Position numbers and translations under genes: made by a program | The notes under the pieces: model-generated | What the model was told of the DNA's origin: nothing | The model's database searches: none | The model's input: the letters and a program-made list of their open reading frames with translations, nothing else | Assembly (NCBI GenBank): GCA_030295235.1 | Contig: AP026155.1 | Coordinates: 310,001-374,000, forward strand | Reading direction: 5' to 3' | Length of the DNA stretch: 64,000 nt | Source of the DNA: Fistulifera solaris | Taxonomy: Eukaryota | In this document: piece after piece, positions 25,868 to 37,125 of the stretch | Layout of the letters: every line of letters starts with the position of its first letter | How positions within the stretch are numbered: the first letter of the stretch is position 1

Positions 25868-25999
25868 CTAAGGCTCGCTCCGGGTGGAAAGTGAATTCCA
25901 ACAGCGGTACCGTACCAGGTACATGGTATAGATAGGGCTTTGAGATGGGGTGATGCCGTGATGCCTGACGAACGGTGACGGGACTGAAAGCATTACTCC

Positions 26000-26331
26000 T
26001 AGACCTCTGTCCGTTCTCCGTTTAACAGGGAATTCCCAACTGGGATCCCAGTTCAATTCCCTTCCTCGTTCATTTTCCCAATTCCCTGTTTAACAGGGAA
26101 TGAGTGGGTGGACGTCTGACCGGCAATCAGAGACCTTTATTCCTTTGTTTGCGCGGTAAATCAACAGAAAATCTCTAATCTAAAGCGTTAAGGATTAGGG
26201 ACTGACTACCATATTTCGTAAACGGGACTCATTAATTTGTACAGGGAATGCTCCCAGTTCACTCCTTGTTCGATCAAAATCCCTGTTCACTCCCTCCCTG
26301 TTGGAGTGAACTGGGAACGGACAGAGGTCTA
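26000..26331. mobile_element. Non-autonomous hAT-type DNA transposon (MITE), 332 bp
   Basis: Perfect 17-bp TIRs TAGACCTCTGTCCGTTC (26000-26016) and GAACGGACAGAGGTCTA (26315-26331). 8-bp TSD ATTACTCC at 25992-25999 and 26332-26339. Subterminal CCCTGTT/AACAGGG and CCCAGTTC repeats. Confidence 0.9.
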
Positions 26332-26541
26332 ATTACTCCGTATTATTTGGAGTCAGGAGTCAGGAAACGCTCTACTCCGTATTATTTAACACAAAAACAA
26401 AGTGTTGTTTATTATCGATCATCATTGATTTCTCATAATATATCCACAATCGACTGGCTAGTTTTCAAGTCTATATCTTTACCACGAAGAATATAGCATC
26501 GTTCTTCTCGCTCGCTCGCTCGCAAGACCAAAAATAATAAT

Positions 26542-27189
26542 ATGTTCGCTCATCTCTTGATTATTGTAGTCTTCTTCTTTGGTCGTTGGGCAACTTGGTT
26601 CGGGACTGTTGCTGCTGCTGCTGCTGCTGCTGCCGACGACGACGACGACGACCAAAGACGACTCCTTAATGTTCAGGAATGTCGTTGGAAAGGTTTTGAT
26701 CCGATGCGCCTCGCGTGTTCGACATGTGACTGGTTGCCTCAATCAACAAAGAAGAAGGACTGTCAACAATGTTGTCAATCGTATTTTTCTTCTTCGTTTA
26801 CCGCCGCCACCAATCAACGAAGAACCACTCCGTATCAAGCGGCGGTCCTCGTTCAATCATCCAGTTCATCCACATTATTTTTTCCCAATGCATTGGATCG
26901 CCTTTTGGCAGATAAGGAGGAATGGGAAAAAATACGGAACGAAAAGGGTGGAGATCAACGATTGCAAGTCATCACCACCGGAACTCTACCACAACATCAT
27001 TCCGAACAAACACCAGACTACTTACGTTCCCTCCGTCCAAACGCCGAAATTCTTTTGTTGGACGAAACGTTACCCTCCTCTGGTGTACTTTCGTACGAGA
27101 AACTGCAACAACAAGCCGTGGAAATCATTTCACTTTATGGATTGACGAAGGACGACATCCAGGATCTGCTCCGGACCGTACTACCTTGA
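26542..27189 (+). CDS. Selenoprotein F (Sep15)-like ER protein lacking the CxU/CxC redox motif
   Basis: Signal peptide, then ECRWKGFD..LACSTCDWL..DCQQCC..YQAAVL (Sep15 Cys-rich domain) and a C-terminal PNAEILLLDE..VEIISLYGLTKDDIQDLL. Confidence 0.7.
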   Translation: MFAHLLIIVVFFFGRWATWFGTVAAAAAAAADDDDDDQRRLLNVQECRWKGFDPMRLACSTCDWLPQSTKKKDCQQCCQSYFSSSFTAATNQRRTTPYQAAVLVQSSSSSTLFFPNALDRLLADKEEWEKIRNEKGGDQRLQVITTGTLPQHHSEQTPDYLRSLRPNAEILLLDETLPSSGVLSYEKLQQQAVEIISLYGLTKDDIQDLLRTVLP

Positions 27190-27415
27190 GCGACTTTCTG
27201 GAATACACACCTTACACGGTGGTAGGCAATTGAGTGAGAGCGCGCTAGTCTTTATGTTGGAAGAGAGGCAATCGCCATGAACATCTGCCGAAACACATAT
27301 TAAATTAAGAATGACTAATACGGATATAATTAAGGCACACACGCTATCTTCATGGATAATATTTCGGGTCCTATCCTCGAAGAACAGCAAAAAAAAAATA
27401 GAAAGGTTCCATTCA

Positions 27416-28422
27416 TCACCATTGTACTTTGGGTATAGAACCGCCCAAAATCCCGCTTTGTGGAAGCTCAACACCGGGAACTTCCGTCTCGAAGGGTTCC
27501 ACGCTAGCGGTGAGAGGAAATTCCATCGGAGCAGTATTGACAACTCGTACGACATTCCCCGTCCCTGGCGTTTCCATGACCGCGAAAAAGGACGTTCAAC
27601 ACCATCTTCCGTATACAATTCCATGACTTGCTTGATGGTATTCGGACCCTGCAATAATTCGATGCGGGCATTCATTGGTCGGCCATCGGTTTTTATCAAT
27701 ACCATGACACTTTTCGTCGGTGCCTCGAACGACCACGTCCGTAACGAACCTCCCTGGATCACGGTCGGTGCTGGGAGTTGCATCGCTGGTAACGGTCCGC
27801 CGGCGGTGCTGGGGACGATGCAGGCTTTGAGGGGGAATTCCAATGTGGCCGCATTCACAACGCGAACGACGTTCGACCCGATTCCCGTCGTAGCGATCAG
27901 TGCCGAAAAGGGACGCACATCTCCGTCCTCCGTATAGACACTGATTCGTTGCGGCGTATTCCTCGGGCCCTGCCATAAATCCACGTTGGCGAGCAACGGC
28001 CGACCGTCTGTTTTCATTACCAAATGAACCTTATCAATGTCACGATCGGGGAATGCCCACGTTTTCAGTGATCGTCCCTGAACCGTCACGGGTGATGCCA
28101 CATTCCAAATTTGTTTGGTGGGTTCGACGACATCTAATAATTCTGGTGGTGGCGGAGAAGGTCGGTCGACCAAACCCACATCCGCCGGTTGTTGAGGAAA
28201 TTGCGGATTGCCCGCGGCGTCGCCTCGGACGGTTGTACTACTCTCTTCTGGGCTGGGTGACGAGGAGAGCGGTTGTATGGCGTTCGGTCGTCTTTCGATG
28301 CCTTGTAATAATAATAATAATGATGATGATGATGTTGGACTATCATTCGTCCTAGTGAGAAAGGCCTCAACGCTCGGCAGGCCGATAGCGAGCATCATCG
28401 GGATTGTGCTGAATGTTTTCAT
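27416..28422 (-). CDS. Plastid-targeted uncharacterised protein with two tandem ~95-aa repeats (indel near 27585)
   Basis: Presequence ..SVEA-F. The repeat QG.SL.TW.F..KTDGRP..A..L.QGP....Q...YTEDG..RPF.A...[16 protein letters not shown] occurs twice. Confidence 0.8.
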
Positions 28423-29948
28423 TGGTTGTTGTTTCGCGCCCCCTTTGCTGAGTTGCAGATTGCAGTTGGCAATTTAGACTGTCTCAAGTATTTGAATTCG
28501 TATTGAAAGAAGAAGAAGAAAGAGAAGAAGAAAAAGAAGAAAAAGACAAGACACACAGCAAAAGTGATGCTTGCAATCAACAGAATGTTGCGTACCAGGT
28601 AACCTTAAAATGGAAAGCAAGAACATTCGGGACGCAAGAAAGTGCGTCACAGACCGGTGCAACCGGCTTTGTACGAGAAGAGAGGATGCGTTGAGTTTGT
28701 GTGGGCGAGAGTGTGTCCTTTGCTGAGTCGCATAGGCTTTGGATTACTTAGGTAGTAGAACCGTGTTGTCTTAGTAGAGACAACTGCTCACTGTTCACTG
28801 TTCATTTGCCTACAGCGATACTGAAGAACACGTTCTGATACACCCGGATGATTAAATCCTGTCACGAATCCTATTACAAGGAAAATCGAAATATATCATC
28901 ATCGATCATGTCGAACAATTGTTTGCCACGATGTTTTCACATTGTTGTTACTCCGAATCGACGCTTCTTTCAGTTCACCCATTTTTCAATCCATTGTGCA
29001 TGAATTCACACAGCGCACTCCAAACATCGGACAGCTCGCGTGTAATGGATTGTCAATGATCAATGACGAAGTAAGAAACTGAGCATGCTCATCAACGCGA
29101 TTGCCAATGCTGTGATCCTTTAGAAGAAATAACAAGCAAACATCGGTTTGCCAGGGATACCTCCTCTCTTTCGGCTTCATTACCGACCATAGCAGTGCTC
29201 CTTCTCACTTTTATCGGATTGAATCATCCGTGAAACTACTCCCTTGATGTATTCGTAAAGGTTTCATGGTCTTATAGACAGAAGAATTGAATCAACCAAT
29301 AAATAGATGCAATGATCGACACGCATCCAAGCAAGTCGTTCAACATTTTTTTGAGAGAAGAAAAATCATTGTCAAAATGCCATTATCAATGAGAATAAAT
29401 AGAGAATAGACTCAGACTAGGTCTGACTCTGACTAGATCTAGATGGGACGCGTTGCAATTGACTCGCTGCGACTAGCAAGTATAACTTAGTCCGTGTCTT
29501 TTACAAACAATAAAAAAGAAACATGACGAAATTCCCTGGCTCATTCGTGATTCGTGATCGACGGGGTTATGGACCGCATTCGGGTTCCGAACAAGTTTGT
29601 TTTCCGTTTGAAGGGCATAAGTAAAAGGGGGTGGGCTTATTTACTGGACCACGATCAACTATCCATTCAACAACGAGTTCAAGATTGATTCGACCCTTTG
29701 TCCTACTGTTTTTTGGATGCAAACGGACAACGAGAAGCACCGGTTCTCTTTGAAAGTTTACGGGGAGGTCATTCGACCGTCACTTGTTAACAAAAACAAA
29801 AGCCCAACACAACCCTTCATTTTTTGGACTGACTCTTTCCCCCCGAGGCAACAATGATCAACGTTCATCATTCATCATAAAAAATAAACAAAATAGAATC
29901 AGCACATCGTTCCATTTCTTTCATAATCTTCTCGATTCATAATCCATC

Positions 29949-30884
29949 ATGACGAAAACAAATCAAATCTTCAACGCGATATTGGCTTTTTTTGCTGTTC
30001 GGCTTGCCTCAATGTCATGCTGAGCGATGGCTCCAAGGAGTCTGTGGACTGATGACCAGCACTCGTGACGACGATACCAGTAATTCCGACAACGATACGA
30101 GCAATGGCGTTCCTGGACAAGATGAAATCAGTATCCCTGCTGGAACTAGTAAGTTCATCGGTCGCATGTCATTTCCATAGTTGGATGCGCACTTTGGACG
30201 CTAAACGCTAACAATGATTCTTCTCCATCTTTTTCAGCCAAAGGACTCTTGACAAGATGGCAAACGCCCGGATACGCCATACCACCAGGTTCTTGTCAAC
30301 TGACACAGGACCCTTCCATTGCCAAGGGCAGTAGCTGGTTGGAGCCGTACGCATTCAATGGCACACGCGTCTGTGCTGTTCCGATCGAAATGTTCCAAGA
30401 CGGTCTCGATTGTGGTAGCTGTTACGAGTTAACGTACACTGGAGAAAAGGCCACCAATGCCGGCCGGGCCGGAAAGGCCACCATCCAAGTGATTAATCAT
30501 GGCGACATTATGGGCTTTGATTGTCAGCCGGAGGTCTTTGAAGAAATTACTGGAAACGCCGTTGGTGGTATCTTTCCAGTTTACTTTAAACGAGTCGATT
30601 GCATTTATACACCACCCACCGTGGTAGTACTGACCGGCGACAACGCGTATTACACCAAAGTTTTGGTAGCCGGAGGGCACGAAGGTGTCCGAGCGGTCTC
30701 CATGACTTTGGGAGGAAAGCGATACAATTTGAGCCGTGTCAATGGCGCCACCTGGGCCACCAAGCTGGACGGACAATCGGGGGCAACTTCTTTTTCTCTT
30801 ACTTATCGAGACGGCACAGTCGAAGAAGTATCTGGTTGTTTTGGTGGAAAATGGCCCGTTGCTACAAGCTCTCAATGCTCCTGA
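29949..30884 (+). CDS. Secreted expansin-like protein (DPBB plus CBM63-like domain)
   Basis: Signal peptide exon, intron 30149-30237, then GSC..VCAV..FQDGLDCGSCYELT..IQVIN..FD..FEEI..FPVYFKRVDC and a beta-rich domain with YY/W aromatics. Confidence 0.75.
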
Positions 30885-31436
30885 ACATATCCACCGCACT
30901 GAATTTCATAAAGGAAGGGCCCTTGAATGCCTTCCTATCGCACCATAGTTTATAAAGAACGAAAGACCTCACTATAGGACAACGTTATCTCATATTGAGC
31001 AATTGGTGTTTCTATTTCGAAAGCCCTTTACAACGGTTTATCGTAGTTGTAGTTGCACAAAAGAACAAATCTCGATTGCTATCAATAATGATGTAGCTGC
31101 CAAATCCATTAACAGTGACTTTGGTGCCGACCCTGGCGTCATTCAAGGAGAGAACTTAATAATCGATGACCAAGCTCGTAGGCTACACTAGGTAGGTCTT
31201 ATTCGGGAATCGGAAAACAAGAATGAAAGGTCAGTACCAGGTGGTATTCTACTATACTATTATAAGTAGCCAAATCCGTCGCTTTGTCCTCGTTTTCCTT
31301 ATATCTTTCATCATTCTAGTATGTCGTATCACTACTCAGTGCTTGGTTGAAGGGGTATCCTTAGCGAGAAAACACGCGATAGATACCGCGATAAAGTAAC
31401 GCGCACTTTTTTCACGACAAATTGAATCGATAGACC

Positions 31437-32095
31437 ATGAAGACCATTGCCGCCCTAGCTGCTCTTTCCGGCGTTGCCGCCTTCGCTCCTGCTCAGCAAG
31501 CCACCAAGTCGTCTGCCCTCTCTGCTTCTTTCGAAAACGAGCTTGGTGTTCAGCCTCCCTTGACTTTTGGGATCCCTTGGGTTTCTTGGATGAAGCTGAT
31601 CAAGAAAAGTTCAACAAACTCCGATACGCCGAGATCAAGCATGGTCGCATTGCTATGAATGCTATCGGTAAGTAACCCGAAGAAGAAAGTATAAGATCAT
31701 GTTTTCCGATGGATCCTCACTCATTGGTTTTTTTCGAAAGTCGGCCACATGGTCACCACTGCCGGATACCGCTTCCCTGGCTGCGAAGAGTACCCGTCGG
31801 GACTGAAAGCACTAACGGCTATCCCACCGGCCGGCTTGGCGGTAACAGTCGCCATTGTGGGTGCCTTGGAGGTCGGTATCATGACAGATCGAGCTGGAAA
31901 GGCGGAATTCCCCGGTGATCTTCGTAACGGTATGTTCAAGTGGAATGCCTCGGAGGAAGAAAAGCTAGAAAAGCGTGCTATCGAATTGAATAACGGACGT
32001 GCTGCCCAGATGGGTATCTTGGGGCTCATGGTTCACGAAACATTGACCGGTGAGCCGTACGTTCTGAACGCCTTTTGGGATACCCGACTGTCTAA
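31437..32095 (+). CDS. Fucoxanthin-chlorophyll a/c binding protein (Lhcf-type), one intron and indels
   Basis: VAA-FAP presequence, FENELGVQPPL.FWDPLG, LRYAEIKHGRIAM, KRAIELNNGRAAQMGILGLMVHE. Intron 31668-31740. Confidence 0.93.
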
Positions 32096-32551
32096 GAAGA
32101 GGCCAATCATCTCTGTAAGAAGTGGCATTTGAATAGCTCCACAGGATTCTGGTCTTTTTCGTTTCTTTTTCAAGCTTATATTAGACACGGATATGGCTTA
32201 TAACTTTGTAGCTAGTCGTCAACTGATAGTCCTGAGCGTTATCTACTCGAAATTCTACTTGATGATTAAGCGCAAAGTCACGTGTTCATTGTTCACTTGC
32301 TTCATTTTACACCAATAACTCAAAGTATTTTAGGATACTATGAAGACTAGCGAGACTTTAGCATTCGACAAGTAAGGCATGCGAAACCTACACATGACAA
32401 TACTAAGGTTAGAACGACCAGTGCTCAAGCCGCAGCAATCAGAAGAAGTTAGAAGATGACGCGTAGGCCCTTTAGCTGCAATGTTTTGCAATCAATCAGA
32501 GTCGTGTCAGGAAATACACAAAATCCGAGCTTAAGGAGGGAGCAAAAACGA

Positions 32552-34695
32552 TTAGTCGAGGTCATTCATGTCTTCTTTCGATTCTACACCCCCAAGCTTC
32601 GCTTTGTTCTCATCGGAGGTCGTTTCATCCGTACTCGCCTGGCTATCGAGTGACTCAGGATGCTGAGTAATATCGGCTCGTTTGTCGTCCGTTGTGCTCT
32701 CCGAAGGCGGCGGGGGAGGTACAAAAATAATCGGATTTTCGTTTTCTTTCTTTCCACTGGTGTCGGCATTTCCACTTTCATCATTGTTTGGCACTGACCC
32801 ACTTACGTGAGCACCTTCCAACCCCGCGCTATAAATCAGGCATGAGCAGCAGAGCAAAAGCAGACCAACAATCAGGAAGATAGGAAACAATATCCAAAAT
32901 GAATTGTAACTAATATCGCCATCTGTTTCGTAGTCCTCGTCTAATTTGCCAACTACCAAACAAACCATAACGAGCTGAAACGATACAAGGCAACATGTAG
33001 AATGCGCTTTGGCTTGCTTTTCCAGTTCACTTTCCTCTGCTCTCGCATACGCCGATTGCCATGCGCGATACGTTTCCTCGTCGATCTTCGGGCCACCAGC
33101 TTTGCTCTCCTCGGCTTTTGTCTCGCTTCGCAGGTTGAAATCTTCAATGTCACCGGATGCATCAGCAAATGTCGTGGATGGTTCTTCTACTTCGTCGACA
33201 AAGCCCTTTGGAAGATCTTCGGTCTTCTCTGCGCCTTCTTCCGTTTTTGTCAAACTATCGATCCCATTTGTTACATGGTCGTCGTTTGACAAGGGATCTT
33301 GATGCGAGGGCATAGTTCCGTCATTCAAAGCACTGGAAGCGGCTTTTTCGTCATCATCGTCAACTGTGGTTTTATCCTCGTTAACCTTCTCCTCTTCTGG
33401 ACTCTCTTGCTTCAAACCTTCATCATTATTATCACCGACCAGAATGACCCCCGGATCCGGACTAAAGCTAAAACAGCAAGTGCAAAACGACTGCACCAAC
33501 TTGCTACCCAAATAGATCAAAATGGGCAAAAGACCACCCACCAGGACGTATCGATATTTCCATCCAACTGACTCGCCACTAGCGCAATGAAGGGCAAATC
33601 GACCAAACAATGCTTGGCAATCTGCTCCGTGTGGTATTGAATGATGTTTTCATTTCTTTGGTACTCGGGTGACATGTGAATCTTCAATTCTTCCATTTCG
33701 GCATTCGTCAAGGATTTTTCGCTGGTTGTGTTAATCAAATGAATGGCCGCCGCCACTTCGGCGTGATCTACTGTAACAACAATGTATTCTTGCGCCAATT
33801 CCATCAAATCTTCTTCCGTGGCGTCCGTACCTGCCACTTCCTGCAAGTGTTCCGGTGATATCATCTTCGCATTGTTTTGGCGAATTTCACGAATATCAAA
33901 GACGGCCGTCACAATGTGGGTGATTTGCCACAAATAAAATGGTATCGCCACCTTGTGCCAATTCGTCGTCGATGAATCCTCATCATCATCCCAAGCCAAA
34001 GCCAGTAAGATGCATCCAATGATCCAACACGTTTGTCCGACAATGGCCGCTAGGACTCGGTTGTTGTTGTTGTTGTTGGTTTCGAAACACCAAAGCAACA
34101 CCATCATGAACCACCACACGGCATTCAACAACCACCACGGAATCAACAGGACCATCCACGAAACATCGAGAATAGGATCATCATCATCATCATCTGCATG
34201 AGTAGTATTATTTTCGTGGCGAACGATGGCATTGACTTTGGCCGCTACGAGGATGGGTTGTAACAACAGCAGGAATCCTGCCAACACCGCGACGATGACG
34301 ACTAATTTGGTGCGATTCCAACACGACGCTCGTGACAAGTTTTCGTACAAGGCGGCGGGATTTTGTGACGCACCGGATTGGAAGAATCGATACCGTGCCA
34401 CGGAACACTGGACGGCATGATACAATTGTCGATGATGTGTTTCGTGAAGAGCCGCGTACGCTTCTTGCACCAACTCATATTCCGCCGCCGCCGCAGCGGC
34501 ATTTTCTGTTTCACGACGTTGTGCGACTTTGTCGGGATGCAATGCGAGCGATTTTTGTCGATAGGCTTTTTTAATATCCTCGAACGAAGCTTGACGCGGT
34601 AGATCCAAGAGTTCGTAGAATTCACGGTCTTCCGCATCGGCCGGAGGGAGGACGGCGGGTGCGACCAGCACAAAGAGACGCGTTCCCAAGGACAT
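32552..34695 (-). CDS. J-domain multi-pass membrane protein with TMEM185-like segments (indels)
   Basis: FYELLDL..DIKKAYRQKSLALHPDK J-domain, then repeated W..V..P.W/F membrane motifs (SWMVLLIPWW, NWHKVAIPFY, SWWVVFCP, SFWILFPIF). Confidence 0.8.
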
Positions 34696-35074
34696 TTTAT
34701 TTTGTCGTGTCAATGATGAAGAGAAAGGTTGCGCAATGGGAGAAGGAGAATGGTTCTCTGTTGTTGCAAAAAGCTTACTACTTGTACCAGTAGCGCAATA
34801 ATTGTGCAATGCCAAAAATGCAAAACGGCGGCGCCCCATTAAAGTGACTCGTGGATGCGGGATGCGGCGGCTCGGAAACTCGGAAGCCAAAAAATGACAC
34901 GTCCGTCGTCCGTCCGCTGGGATGTAGACTTTGCTATTCAGAGTATATATTATTATACGAAGTATAATGACAGAGACTAGCTAGGTGCTAGCCAGGTGCT
35001 AGGTCTAATCCAGATAAAAATGTGTCTATAAATTCATTCAAATAATATTATTCTTTTACTCTCCAAAACACAGC

Positions 35075-37125
35075 TTAATCGTCCAGTGTCAAATTATCAA
35101 TATTTTCCGAAAGATCTGTCAATTCCGACATGAGCGACAAATTGCTGCACAAGGATCGGTTCGAATTGTTCAAACTACTACTATTGCCTTTGTTCTTGTC
35201 ATCGCTCATATCCGCCGAAAGGTCCGTCGAAAAGATACCACTCGAAATCCCCGTCACCATCGATTGTCCGCTTTTTGCCGTCTTTGAAGAAACAAACGAC
35301 ATGCCCGAAACGTTCCGACCGACCCCCGCGATTCCCGCATATTCTTTTCGCGTTCCTTTTCCCAATCATCTTCGAGATCCGAATTGTTGTCATCACCATC
35401 ATCATCATCATCATTATTATTATCATCGTCCTCATTGCCTTGATTGTTTTCCAAATACTGCTGCAACTGCTTGCGGTATTCTTCAATCGTAATTTCACCA
35501 CCCGCGTCGATATCGGTCCCAATCGACATGAGCGAAGCGGCCGTGGTGGTGCGATCGGGAACCTGACGTTCCGTCTTGAGTGCCGTCGTCGTTGAAGTGG
35601 ATGGGGTCTTTTTCCTTCGTCGTGGTTCTTTGCTGGTCGTTTCGGTGGTCGTTTCTTTGGGGCGATGGGGAGTCGCGATGCGCATCGAAAACAAAGGATC
35701 GCTTTGCACAGAATACGGTTCCGGTTCCTCTTCAAATAAAGATTTGGCGGTCACCGCGTGTTGCTGCTGCTGTTGTTGTTGTTGTTGTGGTGCTGGTGGT
35801 CCGGGAATTATTTGTCCCGGATTGGGCATATGGGATGGTACCATCATCATTTGGGGTTGCATGGATTGTGGCATTGGCTGTCCGATCCGCGCCATCAATT
35901 GCGGCTGTTGAAATGGCATCTGTTGCATCGAAAGCACTTGTTGTTGTTGTTGTTGTTGTTGTGATGGTGGAGCCGACTGTATGACAAAATGGGTTTGTCC
36001 TGGCTGCATCATCATTTGCGGATGATGAAACTCCTGAGAAACGACCGTTTTTGGAGTCACTTCCCCGTTTTGGACAACATGGTATCGACCAGGTGGCATT
36101 TGCAGTATATTTCCGTTTCCACTCAAGTAAACGGTGGCACCATTGGGAGAAGGTATTCCGTGTCCTAAGGACATGGATCGTTGCTGCTGTAATGGAGGTC
36201 CAAGTCCGATCGACATGGAACCTGGTTGCACGTAGGCAGTAGAATTTGGAGTAACCATGACCAGTGATTGCTGCTGCTGCGGTTCCGGCAAGGAGTTCCG
36301 TCGCAAGGTTGCCATGCCGTCCATGGAATACTGCTGTTGGGGCAGCATCTGCTGCATCATCACCATTTCCCCACCCACCATGGAACCCACCATCTGCGCC
36401 GGATAATGCTCTTGTCGTTGTTGTTGCATCTGCAGTTGATGCTGCACCATGGAAACTCCCTTTTCTGTAATGGCATCTTGCTGTTCCCGCAGTTGCTTGA
36501 TGTACGGCAACACATCCGGTGTCCGTTCTCGTAAACACTGCGAGGCCTTTTCTCGGGCTTTTTTATCGGCGACTTCGTACCATACATTCTCGGGTGCTTT
36601 GATCGACCCCTTTTTCGTTTCGTCTTTTCGGGCCAAGAACCGTCCCGGCGGTGTCATTTTCTTCCACAATTCGACGACATCGCGGGCGACTTTGGGTTTG
36701 TCGACTTTGCTGCAAGCCAAATACCGGATCTTGTGTTCGTTAACGAGTTGACGGAATTTAATGTTGCCGCTGTGATTGTTGGTTCCGCCGCCTCTGTAAC
36801 GAAGTCATGAATGAATTAAGAGAGAAAGCGACGGGTTAAAACAGTTGAGTGTAGGTAAAAGAGTCAAAGAAAAATAGCGTGAGCGATTGTTGCAGTGCAA
36901 AAGGAGAAAAAAGAAGCTTCAAATATTTGTCGTTTCTCTTTCCTCTGCAACCCCTTTCTCGTCAGTGACGTACCTCCCGAGCAATACATCATGAGACGTG
37001 GGAGCAAGAATGGCGTCTCCGTGCAATTCGAGCTCGTCTTCGGAATTACCATTGGATAAATCCGGAGACAACGGGCGGCTCGTCATCTTTCGTTGCGAGT
37101 TGGCAACTTCAATTTGCACGGACAT
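35075..37125 (-). CDS. DUF6824-domain protein with a long Q/M/P-rich low-complexity tail
   Basis: HDVLLGR|GGGTNNHSGNIKFRQLVNEHKIRYLACSKVDKPKVARDVV..GRFL..KAREKASQCLRE. Intron 36794-36973; polyQ tracts. Confidence 0.85.

Noticed and set aside
28700..29900. Long spacer with a 64-aa ORF and short GACT/CTAG-rich repeats near 29405-29445
   Set aside because: No domain, terminal repeats or TSD could be identified.
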